The notes under the pieces: generated by a model | Databases searched by the model: none | Told to the model about the DNA's origin: nothing | What the model saw: the letters and a program-made list of their open reading frames with translations, nothing else | Source: Chiloscyllium plagiosum | Lineage: Eukaryota | Direction of reading: 5' to 3' | DNA length: 64,000 nucleotides | Assembly (NCBI RefSeq): GCF_004010195.1 | Contig: NC_057750.1 | Span: 20,215,964 to 20,279,963, forward strand | In this document: in pieces, positions 1 through 12,099 of the stretch | Layout: every line of letters starts with the position of its first letter | Position numbering within the stretch: position 1 is the stretch's first letter | Made by a program: the position numbers and the translations under genes

Positions 1-207
1 TGGAATGAGCTGCCAGAGGATGTGGTGGGGGCTGGTACAATTACAACATTTAAGAGGCATTTGGATGGGTATATGGATAGGAAGGGTTTGGAGGGATATG
101 GGCCGGGTGCTGGCAGGTGGGACTAGATTGGGTTGGGATATCTGGGTCGGCATGGACGGGTTGGGCTGAAGGGTCTGTTTCTGTGCTGGATATCTCTCTG
201 ACTCTAA
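1..207 (+). mobile_element. CR1/HER1-type LINE 3' end (truncated by window start)
   Basis: Encodes WNELPEDVV...FKRHLDGYM, followed by the 3'UTR and a CTCTGACTCT tail. The same end is seen at about 25020, 27316 and 60788. Confidence 0.9.
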
Positions 208-214
208 TCAGAAC

Positions 215-527
215 CCATGGTGTTAGGGACAAGGTACTGGCACAGACAGAGGATTGTCTCACTGAGGGTGAAGGCGGGGAATAAAGGACAGCAGCCAGTG
301 ACTAGTGGAGGTCCATGGGGACAGTATTGGATCAGAACTATTCACGAACGGGACGAAGGAGTTAAGGGCGTTGTTGCTCAGTTTGCAGATGACACGAAGA
401 CGGGTGGAGGGACAGGTGGTGTTGAGGAAACAGGGAGGCTACAGAAAGGCTACGAGAGTGGACAGATGGACAATAGCATGGGAAGGGATGAGGGTATGCA
501 CTTTGATAGGAAGAATAGAGGTGTAGA
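215..527 (+). mobile_element. Degraded CR1 reverse transcriptase fragment
   Basis: QPVTSGGPWG and AQFADDTKTGG resemble the CR1 VTSGVPQG and KFADDTKIGG motifs. Confidence 0.75.
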
Positions 528-1737
528 TTAGATTCCCTACAGCGTGGAAATAGGCCCTTCAGCCCAACAAGTCCACACCAACCATCCGAACTGTAACCCA
601 CCCAGTCCCATTTCCCTCTGACAAATGCACCCATCACTGTGGGACAATTTAGCACGGCCAATCCACCCTAACCTACACATCCCTGAACACTATGGGACAA
701 TTTAGCATGGCCAATCCACCCTAACCTGCACATCCCTGAATACTATGGGCCAATTTAGCACGGCCAATCCCCCCCTAATCTACACATCCCTGAACACTAT
801 GGGACAATTTAGCACAGCCAATCCACCCTAACCTGCACATCCCTGAACATTATGGAACAATTTAGCACGGCCAATCCACCCTAACCTGCACATCCCTGAA
901 CACTGTGGGACAATTTAGCACGGCCAATCCACCCTAACCTACACATCCCTGAACACTGTGGGACAATTTAGCACGGCCAATCCACCCTAACCTACACATC
1001 CCTGAACACTATGGGACAATTTAGCACGGCCAATCCACCCTAACCTACACATCCCTGAACACTATGGGACAATTTAGCACGGCCAATCCACCCTAACCTA
1101 CACATCCCTGAACACTATGGGACAATTTAGCACGGCCAATCCACCCTAACCTACACATCCCTGAACACTATGGGACAATTTAGCACGGCCAATCCACTCT
1201 AACCTGCACATCCCTGAACACTATGGGGCAATTTAGCACGGCCAATCCACCCTAACCTACACATCCCTGAACACTAGGGCACCATTTAGCACGGCCAATC
1301 CACCCTAACCTACACATCCCTGAACACTAGGGCACCATTTAGCACGGCCAATCCACCCTAACCTACACATCCCTGAACACTAGGGCACCATTTAGCACGG
1401 CCAATCCACCCTAACCTACACATCCCTGAACACTAGGGCACCATTTAGCACGGCCAATCCCCCCTAACCTACACATCCCTGAACACTATGGGACAATTTA
1501 GCACGGCCAATCCACCCTAACCTACACATCCCTGAACACTATGGGACAATTTAGCACGGCCAATACACCCCAACCTACACATCCCTGAACACTATGGGAC
1601 AACTTAGATTGTATGAGGAAACCGGAGCACCCGGAGGAAACCCACGCAGACCCGGGGAGGATCGCCAAAGCTGGATTTGAACTTGTGGCCCTAGTGCTGT
1701 GAGGCAGCTGCGCTACCCACTGAGCCACCATGCCATG
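528..1737 (-). mobile_element. HE1-like tRNA-derived SINE with internal tandem expansion
   Basis: Minus-strand head has A box TGGCTCAGTGG and B box GTTCAAATCC. The CR1-like 3' tail is at 528-600. Same family as the copies at 5964, 31998 and 40708. Confidence 0.85.
636..1606. repeat. 53-bp minisatellite, about 18 copies
   Basis: Unit CCCTGAACACTATGGGACAATTTAGCACGGCCAATCCACCCTAACCTACACAT starts at 681, 734, 788, 841, 894 ... 1530, 1583. Confidence 0.97.
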
Positions 1738-4326
1738 TAGATTGGTTTCCAAATGGAGGAAGATGTTGTTGAAACACTGAGGGTCTTCAAGTCATCATCA
1801 CAATTCTCTTCAGTTTAACGGGCAGGTTCAGTTGGCACTTAGGAAGGCAAATGCAATGTTAGTATCTTTTCTTTAAAGTTACATTTTTATTCAAAACATA
1901 GATTTTTAAAAATATTACGACAAATACAAAACAATTCAAAGCGATACAAAGAAAGAACACAAAGAAAGTAAAATAACTGAACCTGCCCTCATGTGCAAAT
2001 GTACAAATATACGTCGAAAAAATATATAATAAAAAATACTAACTATCTAACTAAATAAATAATAACCAACAGCAAAACCAGTAGCTAGTAATAACTCAAC
2101 TCAGTCAAACAGTACATTCATACATTCCTGCTCCCTGGATATTAGACTCATAAAACACAACCGTTACGGTTATATAAAAGCACTTATTAGTGTGGCAGAT
2201 AAATCTGTGTTCAGGCATTCCAAAAAGGGTTACCTTGTCTTATAGAAGTTCTCAGTTTTGTGGTGCACCGTACTTGCGAGAAAATCCAAACGGGATATGC
2301 TCCATCACAATCTTCCGCCAAACCCGACAAGTCTGGGGGTGGTTTTCGGATCCCCAACCTCGCAAGATATCCTTTCTTGCGCAGAGTGTAAGGATGTTGA
2401 AACGTTTTTTTTCTGATGTGCATCCCACAGGGAACACACTGGGCAGGCCAAGAAGGAGAGAGAGTTCGGGTCCTTCTCCATCCTTCCACCCAAAATCCCC
2501 TCCGTTGCACTCGCCACAGCGCTCCGGTATGTTTGAAGCCGACCACATGACCAGAGGCAATGGGTAAAAGACCTTGCGCTTGGGACGGGCTGGTTTAAAT
2601 TTTGACAAACGATCCAGAGCCAAGTGGACCCTGTGGAGAATCTTCAACTGTGAGGCCTGGGTCCTATTGCAAATTAATATCTTTCTTGCGTTTTTCCAAA
2701 AATCTTCCCAGGCCTCTTGAGGAGGCCTCAAGGCCTAGCTCTCTCTCCCACACCCTGCAGAGTCGATCGAACCCACCTGAGGGAGCACCACCCCCCCGTT
2801 CCCCCCCCCCAACTGACGATATAAAGTACTGACAGAAAGTGAACTCTTAGCACTGAACACCCTCCTCTCTAGGTCGGATTTGTAGGGATCAGTCAAAAGT
2901 GTCGTCTCTTTTTGAATAAAATCCCTAACTTGAAAAAAAAAGGGAGTCCCTGTTAGATCGCTCGTATTTCCGTGCTAACTGATCAAAGGACATCATTGTG
3001 TCGCCCTCAAATAAATTGCCCAGTCAAGGCACACCCCTAGCTGCCCAATGTTTGAATGCTGAATCCATCATCCCCGGTTGTAAACCCGGTGTACCCAGTA
3101 TAGATTTAAGAGAAGTTGCTTTGGCCATATTGCTTTCCCTCTGCCCTCCATGCCTTAACAGTATTGGTAACTATTGGGTTCGGGTAGTATTCCCAAACTG
3201 TCCTCATTTTGTCCAAACACAGCAAGCCAGTCAGGGGCCACCCTGCCTGGGAGGTTTCGATATCTAACCATATTGAAAGAGGATCCCCACAGACCCAATC
3301 ACTCACATAGGATAAAAGCGAGCTTAGTTGGTCGTTTTTCATGTCCACTCCGTCCAATCTGTGAGGAATTGCAGTTTGGCTCATTTAATGAGGGGCCGCT
3401 GATGATGCCAAATAAAAGAGCTGAACCATCTGTTCAGCCTCCTGAACATTTGCTTATCGAAAATCAGGGGGGAGCATCCGTGTAGGGTATAGCAAACGGG
3501 GGAAGAGTATTCATCTTAATAAGCGCTATCCGACCCAACCACGAGACCCACCTTTAAAGGTCTGGTTCTGGGACCACTTGAATGGGTATCGATATTCACC
3601 CTCAAGACCTAGCACCTTTGGAAGATCACCCATAGGCGTCGCCTCTGATTTTGCAAGATTAATCTTGTACCCAGAAAAGGCACCAAACACGCAGATGTAT
3701 TGTATCCAGCAAAGCACAAAACTGCTGGATTTCACATAAAAATGAGGACGCTGTACAATGAAATCTTCTGTAAATTTGACCCCACTTCTGGGGCTGATAT
3801 ACTGGGATCCCTATGAATGGCCTCCGCCAACGGTTCAATCCCCGACGTAAAAAGCAATGGCTACAGGGGACAGCCCTGTTGGCTGCTCCTAAAAATTGCT
3901 TGATCGTACCCCATTGGTGATGACCGCAGCGAGAGGGTCACTGTCGAGAACCTTTACCCATCTTATAAAGACTTCGCCCGAGCCAAACCGCCCCAGGGTA
4001 TAGAAAAGGTACGGCCACTCAACTCGGCGAAATTCCTTCTCTGCATCTCGCGAAATCACCGATCCCTGTATTGACTGCTGTTGGCACGCTTGAATTACGT
4101 TCAGCAGCCTCCTAACGTTACTGGAGGAGCTGCGGCCCTAGATGAAGCCCGTCTGATCCTCTTTAACAATAGAAGGTAACACAGCCTCCAGCCTCAACGC
4201 GAGAGGCTTAGAGAGGATTTTGAAGTCCGCACCTAAGAGTGAAAAGGGGCCTGTATGAAGCACAGTCCTCTGGGACCTCCGTTTTGTTTTAAAAGAATAA
4301 GCGAAATATTGGCCATACCTCAGAGA

Positions 4327-4911
4327 TAAGACCATAAGACCATAAGACATAGGAGTGGAAGTAAGGCCATTCGGCCCATCGAGTCCACTCCGCCATTCAA
4401 TCATGGCTGATGCGCATTTCAGCTCCACTTACCAGCGTTCTCCCCGTAGCCCTTAATTCCTCGAGACAACAAGAATCTATCAACTCGGCCTTGAAGACAT
4501 TTAGCGTCCCGGCTTCCACTGCACTCCGTGGCAATGAATTCCACAGGCCCACCACTCTCTGGCTGAAGACATGTCTCCGGATTTCTGTTCTGAAATGACC
4601 CCCTCTAATTCTAAGGCTGTGTCCACGGGTCTTAGTCTCCTCGTCTAACGGAAACAATTTCCTAGCATCCACCTTTTCCAAGCCATGTATTATTTTGTAC
4701 GTCTCTATTAAGTCTCCCCTTAATCTTCTAAACTCCAACGAATACAATCCCAGTATCCTCAGCCGTTCCTCATATGTTAGACCTGTCATTCCAGGGATCA
4801 TCCGTGTGAATCTCCGCTGGACACGTTCCAGTGCCAGTATGTCCCTCCTGAGGTGTGGGGACCAAAACTGGACACAGTACTCCAAATGGGGCCTAACCAG
4901 AGCTTTATAAA
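4327..4911 (-). mobile_element. 5'-truncated CR1 inserted in the L1
   Basis: LYKALVRPHLEYCVQFWSP...TRGHSLRIRG...WNSLP, with a (GTCTTATG)n tail. Confidence 0.92.
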
Positions 4912-5963
4912 GATGGTGGGAGACAATCGTGTCTGTGTGAGTCATTGAACGTGTTGAGCATCGGGCCTGACAATACGTTTATAAATTCCTTATAGAATTC
5001 ACTGGGAAGTCCATCGGGATCGGGGCACCTTTCCACTCTGAAGCTGCCTCACAGCTTCCTGCACCTCTTGCTCTGATAAAGGGACATTGAGAAAGGACTC
5101 TTGTTCGGGGGATCACACCCGGGAGCCTGCCCCACCTCACAACCCTCAGATTGATATAATTCAGAGTAGAATCTCTGGAATGCCACACTAATCTTTTTGA
5201 AGTCACATGTTAGGTTCCCCAGACCCTTCCCTAATCGCTGGAATGGCTTGTGGGGCACTCCTTATCCTGGCGAGATATGCTCGGTACTTGCCCGGCCTGT
5301 CACCATGCTCATATCACCTTTGCTTTGCAAAAGTAAGCTCCTTTGCCGTCTGCGTGAGCACTGAATTCAATGCAGACCGCAGCACCGTAATCCTCTGTAG
5401 CTTGACCAATGAGGGCCTGTCAGAGTAGGCCTTCCCGGCTGCCTTCAACCGTGCTTCAACGAGACATTGCTGGCAGAGTAGGAAGTAATTAACCCCTGGG
5501 CATAGCCTTTGGCAGTTTCCCAAAGGGCGGACAGGCTACTAACTGAGCCTGAGTTAATTTCCAGCAACGCCCGAAATTCCCGAGAGAAATACTCCACGAA
5601 CCTATTACCCTTGAGGATAAAGGGTTCCATTTGCCAGTGCCTCAAACCCACTATAACGTCCTTAATCTTAACCCAGCGGGTACACTAGAGACGGTACCAT
5701 GACCAATCGTACAAGATGCCACCAAGTCCAGGTTTGCCACAGGGCTCAGGAAAAAAAACCAATCCTGGTGTGACACCTGTGTGGATAGGAGAAACACGTA
5801 AAGTCCCTTCCTGTAGGGTGGAGATGCCTCCAGACGTGCACCAACCCTCACTCCACACACAGACCCACTAACTGTTCTGTTTGTGCAGAGGGTATCGGGG
5901 GGCCTTTGGGCAACCTCTCTACTGTGGGATCCATGAGACAGTTAAAATCTCTCCCTATAATGA

Positions 5964-6275
5964 GATTACTTACAGTGTGGAAACAGGCCCTCCGGCCCAA
6001 CAAGTCCACACCGACCCACAAAGAGACCCTACCCCCCCCCTACATTTACCCCTGCACCTAACACTACGGGACAATTTAGCACGGCCAATCCACCCTAACC
6101 TGCACATCTTTGGACTGTGGGAGGAAACCGGAGCACCCGGAGGAAACCCACGCAGACACGGGGAGAGAACGTGCAAACTCCACACAGTCAGTCGCCTGAG
6201 GTGGGAATTGAACCCGAGTCTGTGAGGCAGCTGTGAGGCAGCAGTGCTAACCGCTGTGCCATTGTGCCACCCACC
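5964..6275 (-). mobile_element. HE1-like SINE inserted in the L1 endonuclease region
   Basis: tRNA-like head and CR1-like tail. AATGA is duplicated at 5959-5963 and 6276-6280. Confidence 0.9.
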
Positions 6276-6603
6276 AATGATATGCCGGGATTCAAGACTG
6301 ATCAGTGTAGAGAATGCATCTCCCTAAAATTGGAGGGGGTGGGCTGGAATGAAATAAACATTTAAAACACCATATTCTTCCCCATTTATCAGGGCTTTGA
6401 GGATGACAAACCTCCCGTGCGTATCTTTAACACACTCTAGTAACTTAAATGGGAGATTCCTCCTAACCAATGTAGCCACTCCCCTGCTTCTGGTATTAAA
6501 TGATGAAAAATAAACTCGGTCAAAGCCATTCTACTGTAATTTCAGATATTCTTTATCATCCAAGTGTGTCTCCTGTAACAAAGCAACATCTGCCCTTCCT
6601 CTC

Positions 6604-7210
6604 TCCGGTAACGGAAGTAACGTTTTCATTGTTTCCGCCCAATGACCTTGAGCCTAGTTCCAGTCCTGAAGCCGCTCTAACCGCTGATGTTTTCACTAAC
6701 CTCCCGATGCCATCGCCCTATAAAGAACGTGTTGATTGCGGAGAGATGAGCCGGACCCTCGAGTGGACACCAGGCCCCATCCGCGCTGCAGCATCGCCCG
6801 CCCCAAGGCTCCCGCCATTGCCTTCGCCGCCATCTTACCGACGCCTGGCCCCACCCCGGAAGTAACGTCATCTCACCCCGACCGTCTGCAGTAACACGTC
6901 ACCGGGCCTTTTCTAACCGTTATCCGGGTCATCCGTCACCCGCGGCCTCGGCGGCTCCCTCCCCTCCTGCGGGCGGCGGGCGGAGGCTGACGGACAGACC
7001 GTGTTGCCCGAGGACGGTCTGAGCCTCCTGCTCGCCTCGCGGAAACTTTGTACAACTTCCCGCCTCTTTCTGTAACGTTGTGTCTTCCCTCAGTCTCCTC
7101 ATGAATCGCCCCCCGTCGGCCCTGAGTGATGTTAATGTCCCGTGTCCCGGGGAGCAGTGAGTGAGAGACTTCATCCACGGCGGCGGCTGGGGCGGGGCGG
7201 GGGGGTCAGA
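6604..7210. promoter_or_regulatory. CpG-island promoter with ETS/GABP, ETS-CRE-like, YY1 and GC-box motifs
   Basis: The most CpG-dense stretch outside repeats. CGGAAGTAACGT at 6612-6623 and 6857-6868; YY1 GCCGCCATCTT at 6826-6836; GGGGCGGGGCGG at about 7189-7200. Confidence 0.8.
6701..6833 (-). CDS. cox5b: Cytochrome c oxidase subunit 5B, exon 1 (mitochondrial targeting peptide); remaining exons outside the window
   Basis: AAGATGGCGG start encodes MAAKAMAGALGRAMLQRGWGLVSTRGSGSSLRNQHVLYRAMASG+G, followed by donor GTTAGT (6700-6695). This is an Arg-rich presequence with no acidic residues ending R-x-MASG|G at a phase-1 intron, as in vertebrate COX5B exon 1 (RSMASG|G). Confidence 0.78.
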
Positions 7211-7759
7211 AAGGTGATGGTGGCAGCAAACCGGAGTGAAGGCCACAGTCTCATCTCTGTGAACATTGGAGCTGATTGCAGTGACCGTCCAGCCCAGTGC
7301 TCCACATCTCCTGGTGTAAATTTCTTCAGTCCTTGATTCCTCTTCCCAGCATTTGCCAGGAACCGTTCTTCCGTCAGCCCTTCTACAGTTATGTTGTTAC
7401 ATTGCAGTTCTGTTTCCGCGCTGCTGTTGATATCGCTCTGGCTGCCCTGCCTTACGTGGGTTAAATCTTTAAGTTTGCTTTCCGAGATTATCAGTGTTCT
7501 GAATCGTGATTAAATAATTCACAAAAAAATTCATAAAAATAAATAAACTATTGGGACTGTGATTATTTGGTGGATCTCCCCCCCCCCCCCCCGTCATTTG
7601 CGAAGATGTGTAGAGATATGATGTGGAGCAAAAATGAAGGAAATTTGTTCCACTTCAGATGTTTGATTTGATAGGAGCATTGACCGTCAATGGTTGATGT
7701 GAATATTATTGAGGTACAATGCACATGGATGCTTTACAATGAAGAACAAGTGTGAAGAA

Positions 7760-9910
7760 ATCTGAAGCAACTTGTGAGTCCCAGTTCAGATTCTCATAAG
7801 GTTAACATGCAGGTTCAGATGGCATTTAGAAAGGTAAATACGATGTTAGAATTAATTTCAAGAGGACGAGAATACAAGAGCAGAGATATACTGCTGATAC
7901 TGTATAAAGCTCTAGTCCTGTATCAAATGGAGGGTATGTTGGCCTCGAAAGGGGTGTCCAGAGGATGTTTACAAGAATGTACCCAGAATAAGAAGGGCTT
8001 GTCATATGCAGCGCAGTTGAGGACTCTGGCTCTGTATTTGATGCAGCTTAGATGAGGCAATCTCAACAGAATACAGAGTGGGCATGGGGAAGATGTTTCC
8101 ACCAGTAGGAGAGACTCGGACCTGAGGACACATCCTAAGAGTGAAGGGAAGACTCTTTACAACTGAGATGAGGGGAAGTTTCTTCAGCCAGAGGATGGTA
8201 AATCGGTGGAACTCACTTCCGCAGAAGGTTGTGGAGGTCAAGTCATCGAGTGTCTTCAAGACAGAGATAGGTAGGTTTGAGAAAGTCTATAGCCTTAAAA
8301 TTTGTCTTTTAACATTTAGACTAAAACATAATGCTGAATTATAGAACACATTTACTGCACGAGAAAATAGATAGCCAGGAAGGCTCAGAAAAAAGGGTGA
8401 AGCTCAAGGAATGCAAAAGCATCCTGTTATCACCTGGGCTCACCAAGTGATAACAGGATGTTGTAAGGCAATTAAGAACATTTGCCTTTGCATCGGTGAA
8501 TCTGTGTCACATTACATTCACAGCCGTTCCCATGTGAAATTAATGACAGTGTCTGATTCTGACCCTGAAACGAAACTCGGTACTATCAAAAACTTTGTAA
8601 TTAACGGTTAGATGCTGCCAATTATAATGGATTCTTATTACCCCTTGCAAGCAGGGCAGACACAAAGAAAAAAAAGTCTTTGTTGTTACAAAACCCTGAC
8701 TTGAGAGTTCAAACTGAAACTAAAGAGAGAGAGACCATTTTAGTGCTGAGGCTGTTGAATCCAGTAGAAAATTAACTTTAGTCCTTATCTGCTTTGGATT
8801 GAATTTAATTGCATTTTGAGACTTTTTGATGATTTTGAGTAGCCATTACTGGTTATGAAATGCAAACTCTGTAAAAGGAAATATTGATAAAGCTTTAACT
8901 TGCTGTTTTTACAGACCTTACAGACTGCCCCACTGTCAATTCTAATTAAACAGATCTTATGTCTTATTTGAATTTGAATCACAAACTTGAAAAGAAGGCA
9001 TGTTTAATTCAAGACTAATTAATCATTTTAAATACAACCTTGCAGTAACATTTCAGCCTCAGGTACAGAATGATTCTGTGCTTAAGATAAAAAGCAGGAA
9101 TCTGCACCCAGCTTAAAATTATTCTAAACTTAACATTGAAGAGATTCTGACACAATCTGTCAGGAAGCTATTTTATGGTCAAAAGTTTGTCCTCCTTGTT
9201 AAGAAGCCATTTCGTAAAACAACTATGTCAGACATGTGAGCTGTGCAAGGTTACCTTATGACATCTCCCACTTAATTTAGACTGGTACTTCTTTATAGGA
9301 ACTTATCTCGCCGCAAACGCCTAACTTGGCTGGATTTCTTTTCCCACCTGATGGATAGCTCAAGGCCTGTAGGAGTAATCAGTCAAGTGCAACAGGCCTG
9401 TCAATTAAATTTTCTTCCTTACAAATTATTGTCTTTGACTGTTATCTGTCTAATTAAGAACATGCAATGTTTTTGTAAACTTTTGTATGAAGGAAGCCAC
9501 TTTGTATCAGTACATCGGAGTAGCCTGCTGGGGCACTTGAAGAGCTGGTAACCTAGTTATTAGAATCTAGTTATTTTAGCTTATAGGTATCAGTATTATG
9601 TTGTAACAGTGATGCTATTTGGTAATAAAAGGGATGACTAAATTAAACTAAACTGCACGTAAGAGGTTTTTATTCCAGACTTCCAAAGAGTACAATCTCC
9701 TGGACGAACCAAGAGAGAGGCTTTACAGCCCTAAGTCCAGAAGGGATTCCCTGGGCCATCTCAAATCTGTACTTTTGGTTCATGAGAGGATCAAAGGTTA
9801 CAGGGAGAAGGCAGGAGAATGAAATTGAGAAGCGTTAGCCATAATCGAATTGCGGAGCAGACTCGATTGACCAACTGGCCTAATTATATTGTCTTATCTT
9901 ATAGTCTTGG
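7760..9910 (+). mobile_element. CR1 3' fragment split by a 1.5-kb insertion
   Basis: LYKALV...FFSQRMVNRWNSLPQ...FKTEIGRF runs to 8277. The CR1 3' end (GGATCAAAGGTTACAGGGAGAAGGCAGG...) resumes at about 9777. Confidence 0.8.
8278..9763 (+). mobile_element. Candidate solo LTR / unclassified insertion
   Basis: Interrupts a CR1. Termini TGAGA...TCTCA; AATAAA at about 9624; no coding similarity seen; no clean TSD. Confidence 0.4.
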
Positions 9911-10817
9911 AGTTTGTTGGTAATCTGAATGTGTATTCTGGTCTACAAAGCAAATAGGATGTAAAGACATTGTGAATGTTAACCTAAAATTTGTTGAGAT
10001 AGCCAAAATGTAGTTAAGTGTAGTTCAATTAAGTGAGAAGGAAAAACCATATGATGCTGGGCGATGACTTAATAATTAGAAAGGTCACTGGTTCTGAGCC
10101 GTTTGTGTTTTGTTGAAGGAATGCATATGCGATTCCATCAAATATTGTTACTCAGCAATAATGGGCAGAATCTTCACAGTAACTCTGGAAAGCTGAAGCT
10201 TTGTTGAAGACAGACAATGTGGATTATTTATCAGCTGAATTTGGGATTGACATGGAAATGGACTGTGTAAGTATTATCAAGCTGTTTGGTGACAAAAAGT
10301 GAACAGTGAGCACCAGCTCAATTTTACGTCAAAGTTCATTAAAAGAAGCAATTAGCTTCTTTTCAAGGAGACAGAAATCTGACTGAGTTAACCTGAAAAA
10401 CGTGATGTTATATTTGCCAGTGGTCAAACTGATCACTTGCTCGAGACCAGATAGTATCAAGAATGTAAATAAAGGTAAAGGTGAAGTTGCTTTCGTCTGA
10501 CCAGACCATAGAACTGGTCTCTCATTACAGAGAGACAACGAGTGGTGGCTTAACCTGAGGGTCACCATGTCTCAGGGGAAGAGAGAGATTGAAAAGGAGA
10601 GTTCTTCCACGGTAACATTAACTCGTTTCAGAAGTGAACCGATACTGTTGCCGTCACTGTGCATCACAAACAAGATATTCATCCAATTGAGTTAACCAAC
10701 ACCAAGAGTTTAAACGTGTAGCTTCTCCGTTGGAAATTCTTTTCTTTGAAAAAACCCTTGCCTCACTGCAAAATTAGTCTGATTTAGTGGTTAGAATTGA
10801 AACAGGACAGGCTGATC

Positions 10818-11330
10818 ACATAGAATCATAGAGATGTACAGCATGGAAACAGGCACTTTTGGCACATTGCTTGCAATTCTGGTCTCCTTCCTACCGGAAA
10901 GATGTTGTGAAAATTTGAAAGGGTTCAGAAAAGATTTACAAGGATGTTGCCAGGGTTAGAGAGTTTGAGCTATAGGGAGAGGCTGAACAGGCTGGGGCTG
11001 TTTTCCCTGGAGCGTCGGAGGCTGAGGGGTGACATTATAGAGGTTTACAAAATTATGAGGGGCACGGATAGGATAAATAGGCAAGGTCTTTTCCCCGGGG
11101 TCGGAGAGTCCAGAACTAGAGGGCATAGGTTTAGGGTGAGAGGGGAAAGATATAAAAGAGACCTATGGGGCAACTTTTTCACACAGAGGGTGGTATGTGT
11201 ATGGAATGAGCTGCCAGGGGAAGTGGTGGAGACTGATACAGTTGCAACATTTAAGAGGCATTTGGATTGGTATATGAATAAGGAAGGGTTTGGAGGGATA
11301 TGGGACGGGTGCTGGTTGGTGGGACTAGAT
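10818..11330 (+). mobile_element. CR1 3' fragment preceded by an inverted CR1 tail
   Basis: ORF 10944-11342 (MLPGLESLSYRERLNRLGLFSLERRRLRGD). Positions 10818-10853 are the reverse complement of a CR1 terminal tail. Confidence 0.88.
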
Positions 11331-12099
11331 TTTCTGGTGTGATTTTGGAACAAGAATGAAAAGGTTCACTTGTGATTGCAAACATTGTATGGGTAATAAA
11401 TTTGTAGTTTTTTTGTAGTGTACTGTGCTTTAAGAAAGAACGTTGGATATATTCCATTATTAGAACTGTACTGGATTATTGATAGCCAGAGTAAACCTCA
11501 TAGAGCAGGGAAAGTGGGAATGAAAGCCAGCAAGGTTGTGCTCTGGGTTGGGTAGCAAAACTGAGAAGTATTTTAGTCACTGTTATATTCATGACACCCA
11601 TTACTATCAAGGTCAATACTAACTGACTACCCTTTCAGCGGGTGTTTTTGGTGAGCTCCTTTTTTGAACTGCTGCAATCCAGATCTTGTCACTGCAGCCA
11701 GGACATTGACCTAGTGACACTGAGGATTGGAGATATGTTTTAGTTTAGGATGATATGGGTGAGTTTGTTAGGTGGGGGAGGTGAAGAGTTGGTGTGGGAA
11801 TCTGCAAGCATTGGTGTTTTCATGCAGCTGCTGTTTTAGTTATTCTTGCTGGTAGAAATTGTGGGGCTACTCTCAACATAAATGATGAACTGAATGCTGT
11901 GAAATTATGTTGAAGAAGGATTATAATGGTACAGCATTTGTCACCACCAAGTGAGTTTACTGTTGTCCTGACTGGAAAGAAACATCATTTATTGTTGAAC
12001 ACCAAAGTAGAACCACTACTTGTGGCGTGCATCGACTCGTTCCAGCCTGGGATAGACGTTCGTTTTTAGAACAATCAGTTTAAAATGTTGTTCAGAGAT

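Larger units (their letters stand above)
1866..6605 (-). mobile_element. Decayed L1-clade LINE; nearly complete ORF2 (APE endonuclease, RT, C-terminal Cys-rich region), 5'-truncated
   Basis: Minus-strand peptides in order: ADVALLQETHLDD (about 6590), HIIIG-DFN, WETAKGYAQGLITSY, KAP..DGFP, ADFKILSKPLALRLEAVLPSIVKEDQTGFI, SGYKINLAKSE, QLKILHRVHL. AATAAA plus an A-rich end lies near 1890-1866. Many frameshifts. Confidence 0.88.

Noticed and set aside
636..1606. CRISPR-like array
   Set aside because: Units are contiguous with no unique spacers, derive from a SINE core, and there are no cas genes; the context is vertebrate.
6500..7336. ORFs in the CpG island (6500-6865, 6677-6871, 6929-7246, 6936-7178, 7142-7336) as proteins
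   Set aside because: GC-rich open frames with no recognisable domain; the credible coding segment is the short spliced minus-strand exon 6833-6701.
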